Shown: piece after piece, positions 53,758 through 64,000 of the stretch | Position numbering within the stretch: the stretch's first letter is position 1 | Layout of the letters: each line of letters opens with the position of its first letter | Assembly (NCBI RefSeq): GCF_025526975.1 | Contig: NW_026515668.1 | Span: 744,001 to 808,000, forward strand | Origin: Fimicolochytrium jonesii | Taxonomy: Eukaryota | DNA length: 64,000 nucleotides | Reading direction: 5' to 3' | Translations under genes and position numbers: made by a program | Notes under the pieces: model-generated | Database searches by the model: none | Told to the model about the DNA's origin: nothing | Seen by the model: only the letters and a program-made list of their open reading frames with translations

Positions 53758-54126
53758 ATTAGGGTTGGGGATTAGGGTTATCACCGGGTTAGGGTTGTGA
53801 GGTTGGGATTAGGGTTGATAGCCCTAACCGGGATTAGGGTTGGGGATTAGGGTTATCACTGGGTTAGGGTTGTGAGGTTGGGGATTAGGGTTGATAGCCC
53901 TAACTGGGATTAGGGTTGGGGATCAGGGTTATCACCGGGTGAGGGTTGTGAGGTTGGGGATTAGGGTTGATAGCCCTAACCAGGATTAGGGTTGGGGATT
54001 AGGGTTATCACCAGGTTAGGGTTGTGAGGTTGGGGATTAGGGTTGATAGCCCTAACCGGGATTAGGGTTGGGGATTAGGGTTATCGCCAGGTTAGGGTTG
54101 TGAGGTCGGGGATTAGGGTTGATAGC
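53758..54126 (+). repeat. 76-bp telomere-derived minisatellite, ~4.9 copies
   Basis: Units start at 53758, 53833, 53909, 53985 and 54061. Each has up to four TTAGGG, and full units carry one inverted CCCTAAC. Confidence 0.95.
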
Positions 54127-55169
54127 TGGAACCTTCCCCCACAAGGCCAAGAACCATGTACCCGTTGCAACTCCGCACTTGACGCGTTTGCTTCAAATTC
54201 AAATTCAGGCACCCACCTCACAGCGCTCAGTGCTCACACTCTAGAGAAATTCGTATATGAAGCAAGTACGAAGTCCCGTCGTCCGATCTCCGCTTTCTGG
54301 GCTTCTTATGACCTGTTCGCGTTTCGCGTTTCTTTATGTCAGCCTCTCTGCGCCTTTCTTGCAAACGGCAGTCCTCGCACCCCGACCGCCCCTGATGCTC
54401 TCCTGCCATGGGACTCGAGATTCTGAGTCGAGAACAGCTCGGCCCCCTGTCACCACCCTGCATACCCCGTGAACTCTCCTATATATATAGCTCTCCTGTC
54501 GCACTCCTGTCGCACTCCTTTCACTTTACTTTCACCCTCCTGTCCATCAACTTGACTGAAGGCTTGAATATCCTTGGAAGCTAGGGCAAACTATTTTCAC
54601 GCTTGCTCTTCCAGGTTTGGAGGGTGGTCAGCGAGTACACTACTGACGGTTGAGCTGCCGGGCCTATATGGATCAGACTATTTTTTGTAGTCTGACGGGA
54701 CCATTATTTTGCCAAGAAACTCCGGGCTCGTTCCAGGTCGGCCTACATCTACAGCATCTCGTGCTCGCTCGGTTGTCCGAAGTGAACGAAACGACCGCTT
54801 TCGTGCAGTGAAAGGGAGTTAGCAACCTTAGTCCGACCGCAGCGTACCTCTCTTCGAAGTTCCATACAGGCATCCGAGCCACTGTGGTTTGCCATGGGTT
54901 TTCCGCGACCTCGGAATACTCATAATCGTCTTGGCCTGGAAACCCTCTGTGGTGTGCTACACTCCACTACTCCAGTCGGTCGGGTTAAATTAATTGACCT
55001 GTTCATCGCTTAAAAGATGTTTGACTTCCATATCAGAGTTTTCATGAAGCGCTCTTTTCCTCTTATACTTTCCGTTCCATCGCATTCGTTGCGCGTATAT
55101 CAAAGATCTTTCTGAGGCTCTAACACGCCAGTTCTGCGAAGGCCTCGAATAGACCAACGTTCGAAGTTT

Positions 55170-55559
55170 TTGGCTCCGAGTGGCATGTTCCTCTGGGTGG
55201 TTCACGATCGCGTTCCAGAATGCGTGCAAAGTCACCCAGACGAGACAGTCGCGGAGCTCTTCAACAAAGTTCGGGATACATATAGTCAACTCCGATCGGG
55301 CACCGTTTGGCCGCCTGGCTTGGTCTTGCAGTTCCCACGTGGGAAAGGATGCTGTGCTGGGTGGATTGTTGGCGTGAACCAGCTTGGAGCATATTTTGGA
55401 ACGGCAGTCAACGAAGCAACGAGAGTGGGGACTCTTGTAGACCTAGCCTTTGGAGATGGGTGGTGTGGGACAGTGAACCCGGGGTATGAGGATTTCGTAG
55501 AAGTGCAGATCCGATCAGAAGCTGAAGCTAGGCCTGGGGACGATATGGAAGGTAGGTGA
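55170..55559 (+). CDS. Hypothetical ORF, possibly a gene remnant
   Basis: 129-aa ORF with protein-like composition in an otherwise geneless 2.6-kb interval. No recognisable motif. Confidence 0.25.
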   Translation: MAPSGMFLWVVHDRVPECVQSHPDETVAELFNKVRDTYSQLRSGTVWPPGLVLQFPRGKGCCAGWIVGVNQLGAYFGTAVNEATRVGTLVDLAFGDGWCGTVNPGYEDFVEVQIRSEAEARPGDDMEGR

Positions 55560-56081
55560 AGTATGAGAGCACGTTGTACCGAGTTTGGACGTGCACCTAA
55601 GCTTTTCCCAGGAGTTATCGATCAAGAACAGATGCGGATGACGGATGTTCTTTCAAGCATGAGCGGATTGCAAATCACATGAAATGCTCCTGCAGCGCTG
55701 TTACAAGCCACGACACCGGACCGCACGGGGGGCAACTGGTCATGGTAGCTAAGAGCTATGGGATTCGCTCCATAACCCCTGCGTCAAAAACTCCACTGGC
55801 TGACGACGTTCGAAGCGGATCCAGTGCTGGAGTTCAAATACTCCTGTACTCCCCGCGGAACATGGGCAGCAACGCCGGCACGCCAGTGGGGTTGGATCGA
55901 AATCCCAAACGAAACAGTTGGGAACTATTCCGACTCTTGCGTATCGCAAGGAGCGGCATCAAGCGACAGGAGCAGAAGACCTTCCTGTTCATGGATCGTT
56001 ATCCTCTATAGATCTAAATAGATGCAGTTCTATCGATCTACTTAAAATCGGTCGTACGCCATCCAGTCATTCCATGCCAAC

Positions 56082-57678
56082 CTAATATTGCGTGCGGTGT
56101 TTCAGTTTCCCCATCTCGTTATTCGCCCCCGTAATCTACAACCGACATGGAATGATAAATACAAGCATTGCCATAGTTGCCAGGAGCATCGTACATGGTC
56201 CACTCTTACCCATCTGATGAAATCACCGAGTTCTTGAGGAAGGAACCGGAAGAGAGGAGCTGCGTTTGTATAGAGGGGTAGATATATCTCACTGTTCTGG
56301 GCCTTCTTCAAAGCGTCAATAATAGCATCAACAACTTCTTGTGGGTGCAGGACGGGGGTAAGCCATGGGATGCCATGGTTCTCGTCCACGCCCGCAAACA
56401 TCCCCGTAGCGACGAGGCCTGGGTAGACGTTTGTCATTCGGAGATTTCTGGTGAATAGACAATCCCGGCGGTTAAACAAAAAAGACACCATCCTTGCGCA
56501 TTCACTCGCTACATACGTTCCCGATAGCTCTTGGCGTAACACTTCCAGAAATCCATTGAGCGCAGATTTGGAGGCACAATAGGCCGCTGCATTTTCATGT
56601 TGCAGTATGTGAGTTCGGTGTCATGCTCAACATGGCGGCAGAAAGTCCTACCTGCACCACTTGCTCCGGAATGACCAACTACCGATGACATGGTGACCTA
56701 GTACAAAAAGCGCAACCTTAGCTACCGGCTCCGACTTTGAACGTCATCCGCTCTTCGCTCTCGAGTTACCAGATGCCCCTTGTTCTGCGCAAGCATGTGC
56801 GGCAAAAACGCTTTCGTCACCCAGACCTGCCCTAGAAAGTTCACACTCATCGTCCTTTGGAGGCTTCAGATGATGGCTATCAAGCAGACCGAGCGGAATG
56901 TTGCTAACCTCTCAATCAAAGCGTCATCCGTATCGATCAGATGTGTTCCGCTGTTCACAATCCCCGCATTGTTGATCAGGACTGTCGGATACCCTATCTG
57001 GAATACAAACTCAAGATTGAGAGCCCGCATATGAATACTATGAATTGACAGACATGTATCCTACCTCCCTGCCGATTGTGAGGGCCAACTCCTTCACCGC
57101 GTATTTGTCCGATATATCGCATTGGTAAGAACATATTCTTTCTGAAAGTCCTTACAGTTTAGTTCCACTTCGTGCCGACTATCGTGTTCCATTGTTGGAA
57201 CACACCATCAGTGTTCTCAACAGGGTTCCGATCCAAGAGAACGACTTTCTTTGGTCGAAACGTGGTGGCGATATCTTGAGCAAGTAACTTCCCCATACCA
57301 TGAGAACCTTTCAAGAAAAGAGTTAACCTCCGGCCAACGACTATTGCCCCCTGGCAATTAGAACACACCTCCCGTTATGAGCACTATGCGCGAGGCCCAG
57401 TCGTCAATGGGCCGCGCTTGGGAAGTCCGCCAGAAGTGGAGAAAGACAGGAAGGATGGCAAAGACGGTACATATCAAGCAAAGTATCCATGTCGAGACCG
57501 GCCGAAGAATGTGGAACACCAAACCCCAGAACAAAGGGGTGGTAGAAGGATTGTTGAAGGCGAATCTATAGATGGGACCAACCAGCGTATCCAGGATAAA
57601 CTTCGGACGAGAGGCGAGCATTGAAGATCTTGGGATGGCTTTCAACGCTGTACAGTACGCCGAAACTCGGTCGCTCAT
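56082..57678 (-). CDS. Membrane-anchored short-chain dehydrogenase/reductase (RDH10/Tda5-like)
   Basis: N-terminal TM, IVLITG|GSHGMG, LINNAGIV, VNFLGQVWVTKAFLPHM and YCASK. Many introns. Confidence 0.9.
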
Positions 57679-57889
57679 CAGTCTCCTTTTCCCCTCCGTA
57701 AACTGTCCCGTAAACCTCCGTGCCTGCCGTTTTGACGCGTTTTGACGCGGCGTCGGCCGTCGAAATGGGAATTGGGTTCAGTTCGACTCCGATTGAGCAC
57801 TGTTCAGCAGCCGTTTTACCAGTACCACAGTAGACCGCTATGGTATTCTATTCCAAAATCGTGGACTAATACGGTGTAGTACTGTTCTA

Positions 57890-60800
57890 TCACGCCAGGC
57901 TATCGAGCAAGTTCTCGACTTCCACCCTTCTCTCTACCACCTGTTGAACCTTCTTCGTGGACAATCTGTACACACCGACGCTCTCCAAAGCTTCCCGCAA
58001 GGCAGTGTCCTGCGCGTCATTGTTGCTATCTTCATCGTCAGACCTCTGGCCGTTGCTGCTTTCCAGAAGCAGCTCGACAATCGTGACGAGAGCAGGCGCT
58101 TTCGTGCCGCTGGCGCGGGACGTACGAAGTGGCAACGTCAGCAGCGAGAGACTTTCGGTGGTTCTGGTTTGAGTTGACGAGTTGATGTGTGTGAGTTCCA
58201 AGAAGCTATTGACGGTGCGGGACAATGAATCACCCACATACCTCCTCAATAACGCATCTGGCTTCCGTACCCATCTCCCCAAAACACCCTTTGCCAACCC
58301 TTTTGACACATCATACGAAACCTTCTTCGCCCCTTGCGCATTGAATCTGCCTCTTAAAATCAACTTGGTGAAGAAGTGCTCATCCAAGCGCGGCCCAATG
58401 TCGCGTTGGAGAAGTGATAAGAAGACGGTGACCGGGAGGTGAGAATGGATCGCTGGCAAGAAGCTTGTGAGGGTATCTAGAGCAGTGCAGAACTCCGGTG
58501 TAATTTCGTCGAGAAGCGGTGAGGATGAGAACGTGGGCGAATCCGAATCCGAATCGGATGATGATATGACCCAGTTCCGCCTACCGGAAGAGGAGAGATA
58601 AGCTCATCGGGACTATGCTTTAAGCGACCATCCAAGTTCCCAACCTTTTGTCATATTGCCACATTGCTTCCGAAAACTCCTGCATGATATCCTGCACCAC
58701 CAGATCCTGCAACCTGCGGATGGTGGCATCGTACGCAGCAACCACTTCATCGAACAGTGATGCCTGGTCCCCTAACAATTCTGCTGCAGTCGCTTTCAGA
58801 GACGGATCAATCTCCAATACATCATCTGCCTCGTTAGTGAGCTTGTTCTGTTTTCTGACTTGTTCCCGAAATTCGATGAAGAACTTCATGCCATACGGTT
58901 AGTCAGAGGGTTGACATCGCCGTCTGAGCTTGATCACAGTTCAACTCACTGGCAGGTTCGCCCATTCTCGGAGGTTCGATGAGATGAACTGCAAAGAGCA
59001 AATGTACCGGCATAGCATCTGGAGCCGGTTGATCTTGCTCGGCAGCGAGGCGCCAGCGGTATTCACAGGATGAAACGCGCTGACATGACGTTTGATCCCG
59101 TCCCGTACCTCCTGCAGGTAATCCTCGAGCAGAGGAAGTTGCAGCTCGTTCAGGAAGGCAAGGCGATGGGAGTAGTCCGGTAACAAGCGGTAGCGATCTA
59201 TGCATCACCAAAATAAGGTTTTCCTGCGCCAGTGAAGTTTGAAGCCCCATGTCAACCATGAAGACACACCCGTGATGGCTTCCAAGATCTTGATGAATAG
59301 TTCAGCCGATTGTGTTGGCTTCGCATCCCCTTCGCCAAAGTAATCCTCAACGAATTCCCATGCCTTGTCAGCTTGAACGGCATCCTCGAAAGTAGCCTTC
59401 GCAGCTGGGAGTTCGAAGAAGTGAGACGGGATCAGAGTCGGTCTGCCAACAACATCCCGGCGACCCCACTTACCAGCCATTTCCATTATCAACCACTGCT
59501 CGAACCACTCTCGCCTCTCCGTGAACACACTGGCACACCCGTCCCATTTGCCGCTAGGTTTCGTATACAAATGCACTTCGCGCAGCGCCTTGTCAAACGC
59601 ATAGGTCTCTTTGCTGGCATGCGTGAATAGCCTCGGATTTTCCAATAGCTTTGGGATGTCCAAGCGGAGCTTGTACATCACTGCATCCAAGAGCCCTTCA
59701 ACGAAGTGATTCTGGTATGGCGATTGTAAGCGCCAAGGAGCGACTCTCTGATGACATAATCATGCATACCTTCGCATCCCAGCCAACATAGCCATATTCC
59801 TCCAAAAGGGATTGCACGGGACCGCATAGAAACGGGGAGAAATCTCTAATCATTGCGAGGACTTTCGTGAAGGACCATTCGGGCTATGCTCACGTACAGT
59901 GGTGAGTAGCGTAGATCGGATTCCCAAAATGTGAATTTGGCACACAAATTTACCTTGTCCAACCGATTTGTAGGTCGCTCCCCAGTGAAGTGATACTTGT
60001 ATTGCAAAACCGGTAAGCGGAGGAGGACCTCCATCGCGGGGAGTGAATCAGGCTTGTCCGCTTCGCCGTTAGTTTTCCTGTCGTCCATATGTATAGAGTT
60101 AGGCAACCTAAGCTTCAGAGCAATACAAGCTGCACCATTGATCATACGGTGCCTGGAGGAGTAGCATGTCGCCAAAAGCGCTCTTGAAGGCTAACCAGTG
60201 TGGGTCAGTCGCCTGCCGTCTGAGGCTCTCCACAGACACGGCCTTGGGCCAGCCGAGCGCCTCCAGTGCATGTTCCAATTTTCTACGTGCAGACCGATCA
60301 GCAATCAGCAAATGGAGCATATGCCTCCGTATTGCGTACAGTACCGAATGCATACTTAGAGAGATGTCCTTTCAACAGGTCATACAGTGAAAAGATCACC
60401 GTATTAAGGTACTTCAGCATCTCCGGTTGCACGGTGAAACCCAATGCGGGATGTAGAGCATCGTCTTCACTCCGTGCAGCGGTAGTTCCTTCGAATGGTT
60501 GATTAGAGTTCAGCCTAGACGCTGATTTATAGATCGCTTGTAACTTGTCGTACGCAGTCAAGGCACGTTTGATGTCTCTTGCTGTGTTGGATTCCACCTC
60601 CGAGCTGCGCCAATGTTTCAGTTCCAAAGACTTTGATATGTGTGACACCAGCTTTGTGCGCTGGCATACCTCAAGTCATCGACATCCAACAACAAATCAA
60701 CATATCGTTTGGCAAGCTTCAGCCTCGAGAGCTTTGTCTGAGCTTCCATAAGAGTCTCCATATGGTGCTCTCCACGCGGAAACGCCTCCACTTTCCGAAG

Positions 60801-61089
60801 TAGAGTCTTTCGTCGCCCCCGCAACTGTTCTAACCGCGCTTGGGCGGAACGAGTGTCTGAACATACTTGCGAGAGACGAACTGGGCCACTTTTCGAGAGT
60901 TGTGATGCCTGTGGAAAGGGGATTGAGGATTTTTAAACAAGCGTTTATTGTGAAGTAAGAACGCACCACTCCGGCCAGCTTGAGCCGCTGGTCCTCCAAG
61001 TCGGCTGTGAATTTCGGCAAGTCGGCCAAGGACGAAAGGTCTGCCAAGCGCTCGTTGAGCAGTGCGCTGACTCTGGTGGCCACTGCCAT
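57890..61089 (-). CDS. TIP20: RINT1/TIP20 tethering-complex subunit
   Basis: YKYHFTGERPTNRLDK|PEW signature, then RYRLLPDYSHRLAFLNELQLPLLEDY and NLREW. Multiple introns. Confidence 0.9.
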
Positions 61090-61322
61090 CTTGAAGGACA
61101 AGCTCTGTATTCCGAAGAAAGCTAAATTGTCGACCGCAGCCAGACCGCAATTGGGAGATCTTCCCTGCGGTTATGCCCCATGTGTCATTGCGATGTCATG
61201 GCCAACGCGTCCCTCGGGCGTCCTGCAGACTCCGACCGACTTCCACAGCCTCATAAACCTCGGCATGTACTGTACTCCCTCCATCCTCGCCCCCGGCCCA
61301 CATCTACGCAAAACGATAAAGC

Positions 61323-62396
61323 ATGTCTTCCATATATAGGCTACAGCAATGGGTGCAGCGGATACTTACGGCCTCACAAGCAAAGTCATCACACAATATC
61401 AGGACGTTGCACGGGGCATATCAGATCCAGGCGGAGTTCGCGCTATCTACCACCGTGCGAAATGACCACCGCTATCATCCCTCCGCTTGGACGGGGAGTG
61501 TACAGCATCTCCGTCAAGAACAGCAGCTCCGCCAACGCGCCGACGGCCTTCAATCTGGACGGCCTTCGAATACTGAGATATCCACCTTACCTGCGATCCT
61601 GATACTCCACGGGTCTCCAGGAGGCATTGACTCGGCCCAGTGGCATGCGCGAGCCATTTCGACCTTTGCAAGTCCTTCCGCACATCCTTTCGGTCTGTTC
61701 GCCCTCTCACGGCCGGGATACCTCTCCTCCGGTCCCGTTTGTGCGTCGTTTGCGGAAGAAGCGGACGTGATCATCAAAACGCTCGACGCTCTAGGCCGGA
61801 CTGCACCTGTGGCGGTATTGGCAATATCCGGGTCTGGTCCGCTCGCCCTGACACTAGCAGAGAAGTTTCCCGACCGCATCAATGCTGTGTTGATGCTGGA
61901 CGCTATCACAAAGCGGGTACCATGGTCCCACACGACGCTAGCAGCGTTAGCGATGTTTGGAACAGAATTACCCTCAAATACGTTCGCATACCGCGCCGCG
62001 ACGAGCGGTAACGTCCGTGACAATGTACAGAAGCTGCTCGGTGAAGAGGCTCTGAAGGAAGTTGAGACGGACAAAACCGTGCGGCACTTTTTCCGAGACT
62101 ACAGCGCTTGCTATGCATTGGGCTCAGTGCGGCGGCCAGGATTCTTTTCCGACATGAATAGAATAGCCAACATGGACGATGAACCACATTGGACGGGGGT
62201 CAAAGCTCCAATATTGTGCATGCACGGCCTGAAGGATGATCTGGTATCAATAGCGCACCCGGAGCACTTGCTGTCAACTGCATCTACACAAGATAATGCC
62301 AAGCGGTTGATGCGGTTTCCAGATGAGAAGCACATCCTGCCATTGAAGCAGACTAGCCGGGCGATAACAAAGTTCTTGGAAGAGACCGTATGGTAG
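61323..62396 (+). CDS. Alpha/beta-hydrolase fold protein
   Basis: LHGSPGG, SRPGY, nucleophile elbow AISGSG, HGLKDDLV and a terminal His. The true start may include an upstream exon. Confidence 0.85.
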   Translation: MSSIYRLQQWVQRILTASQAKSSHNIRTLHGAYQIQAEFALSTTVRNDHRYHPSAWTGSVQHLRQEQQLRQRADGLQSGRPSNTEISTLPAILILHGSPGGIDSAQWHARAISTFASPSAHPFGLFALSRPGYLSSGPVCASFAEEADVIIKTLDALGRTAPVAVLAISGSGPLALTLAEKFPDRINAVLMLDAITKRVPWSHTTLAALAMFGTELPSNTFAYRAATSGNVRDNVQKLLGEEALKEVETDKTVRHFFRDYSACYALGSVRRPGFFSDMNRIANMDDEPHWTGVKAPILCMHGLKDDLVSIAHPEHLLSTASTQDNAKRLMRFPDEKHILPLKQTSRAITKFLEETVW

Positions 62397-62739
62397 TGCT
62401 GATACCTGATTCTATATACTAGGCAACCGTATGTACATATGTATACTGTATGCTGTTGCAATAAAACCCATCCTGATACTTGGCCAACATTTCCTTCGAG
62501 CGGGTGGAAAGCCAGTGACTTCGTCTCGTCTGATGATGGTGAATCAGGGGCCAAGCGACGCTAACTCCAAAATCCGCTTGTTGCTCCTGCGGTCCTGTGC
62601 AGTCCCAAATCCTAACGCTATGACACATCTGGGACCGTCACCAGTGGTCAGATGCCACGGCCAGCTTGTGCCGGCACGGAAAGCCGTTGCAATCGTTTTG
62701 CCTTAGAAGAGATGTTCCCCCTCACATGGAGCGCACCTC

Positions 62740-63346
62740 TTAACCCCAAGCAGCCGTCGTTGAATAGTTCACTATCAGATTTCCTTCCGCCCCGAAGCAC
62801 TATGAGCAAGCATGCGATTGTAACGGTCAATATCGGTGCAGAAAGTATAAAAAAGCACATCAGAGCGATGACATCCACATATCCTACTTTGTACAAGTTT
62901 CCGACGATTTCGTCAGGAGCTGGTGCGAAAGAGCTGTTGACGTACAGGAACTATCCAACCAATGTCAAGATTCTGCCAGATCTGAAGCCATATGAGAAGC
63001 AGCCCTCTTACGGGGCATCTCTCTTACCAGAACATCCTGTGGCTTGTAGTTGAGCTCCTTCTTCAAGAAGTTGATAACCGTCTGGAACTTCTGCGACGCG
63101 GAGATTTTGAAGAAGGCCTGCTTCAAGATGGGTGCGCTTCCCGTCGCGCGGAACCTAACTACCACTATACCGTGAAAGGCAGACTTCTATTTTAGCCGCC
63201 ATTTTCAGCTATTCCGCGCAGGAGGGTAATATCTTGTGCGGAGATAGTGTACCTTTCGTTGCAGCCGCACTCGCAGAGCTAGGCCGCCGTGAGGGCGGGC
63301 TTGGCAAGGTTGCAGCGACTGGGGTTTCTGGCGCGTTTGCACTCAT
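62740..63346 (-). CDS. ATG12: Ubiquitin-like autophagy protein ATG12, 4 exons
   Basis: [29 protein letters not shown] and C-terminal NYSTTAAWG*. Confidence 0.95.
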
Positions 63347-64000
63347 TGAGAGACTAGGGTGTTGGGTTTGCCGGGTGGAGGGATGGTGAGAGGGAACTAC
63401 CTCACAAGCTTCCGCTACGATGAAGAGCAGAAGGCTTATGGCGACATGGGGGTCGTTGTGGGGTTCAGCTCCTGAATGTCGAAAGCCGCATGTCTGAGCA
63501 GTGCAGGGTAATGAGGGGTAACGCGGAAAACGCGTGAATAAGAGCGATGTCGACTTGCTTGCGAAGTCGAAATTTGGACGGTGCGCATCGCAAGGTCGAG
63601 CCACTGAGCCTGCGTTCACAATACCTAAGGATTGTATCTCCCCCGGCACCGCGGTCGAGAAGTCTTGTTATACTAGCTACCTAAAGGCACTCTCCAAATT
63701 CGGTCGTTTTCTGGGCCTCCCGCGCTGCGACTTGTGTTGCTCGGGTGTCCGAGCTCGTGGCTATGGGGGACGTACGGCAACAGCTGAATCATCAGCTATT
63801 TGTTGGGTTTGGGGAAGCGGGAATAGCATCCCAAACACAAGGGAAAGACACGCGGTCCGCAACCTCCGAAGGAGGTGGCCCGACGGATAAGCTCAGCGAA
63901 AAGCTGGTCCTCAGCGTGAGGGTGTCTGAAGAGTCGAAAAAAGGCAAAGAGAAGGACAAGGATAAGGACAAGGACGATGATGGGGCAAAGCGGGGGAAGT

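Overview
Intron-rich eukaryotic DNA, most likely from a zoosporic (chytrid-type) fungus. The flanks are compact housekeeping genes: cytochrome b5, an Old Yellow Enzyme, MOB1, PEX13, an AFG2-like AAA ATPase, a tandem-PH protein, WS/DGAT, STI1, TIM22, BOL3, MscL, CAND1, BNA4/KMO, an SDR, TIP20/RINT1, an alpha/beta hydrolase and ATG12. A ~17 kb accessory island (~9.1-25.95 kb) separates the divergent MOB1 and PEX13 genes. Its left part holds an APH-like kinase, nested Ty3/Gypsy remnants and a near-complete chromovirus. That chromovirus has a predicted self-priming site and mismatched flanks. The right part is the most interesting. An apparently intact spliced TET/JBP-family DNA dioxygenase sits head-to-head with a disrupted Ulp1 (C48) peptidase across a CpG-rich 24-bp tandem array. 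The module ends in TTAGGG telomere-like repeats followed by a 39-nt copy of the 28S rRNA H68-H69 region. No transposase for this module is visible in the window. A second TTAGGG-based 76-bp minisatellite lies at 53.8-54.1 kb. All calls come from manual reading and motif recognition; no searches were run, and some exon boundaries are approximate.
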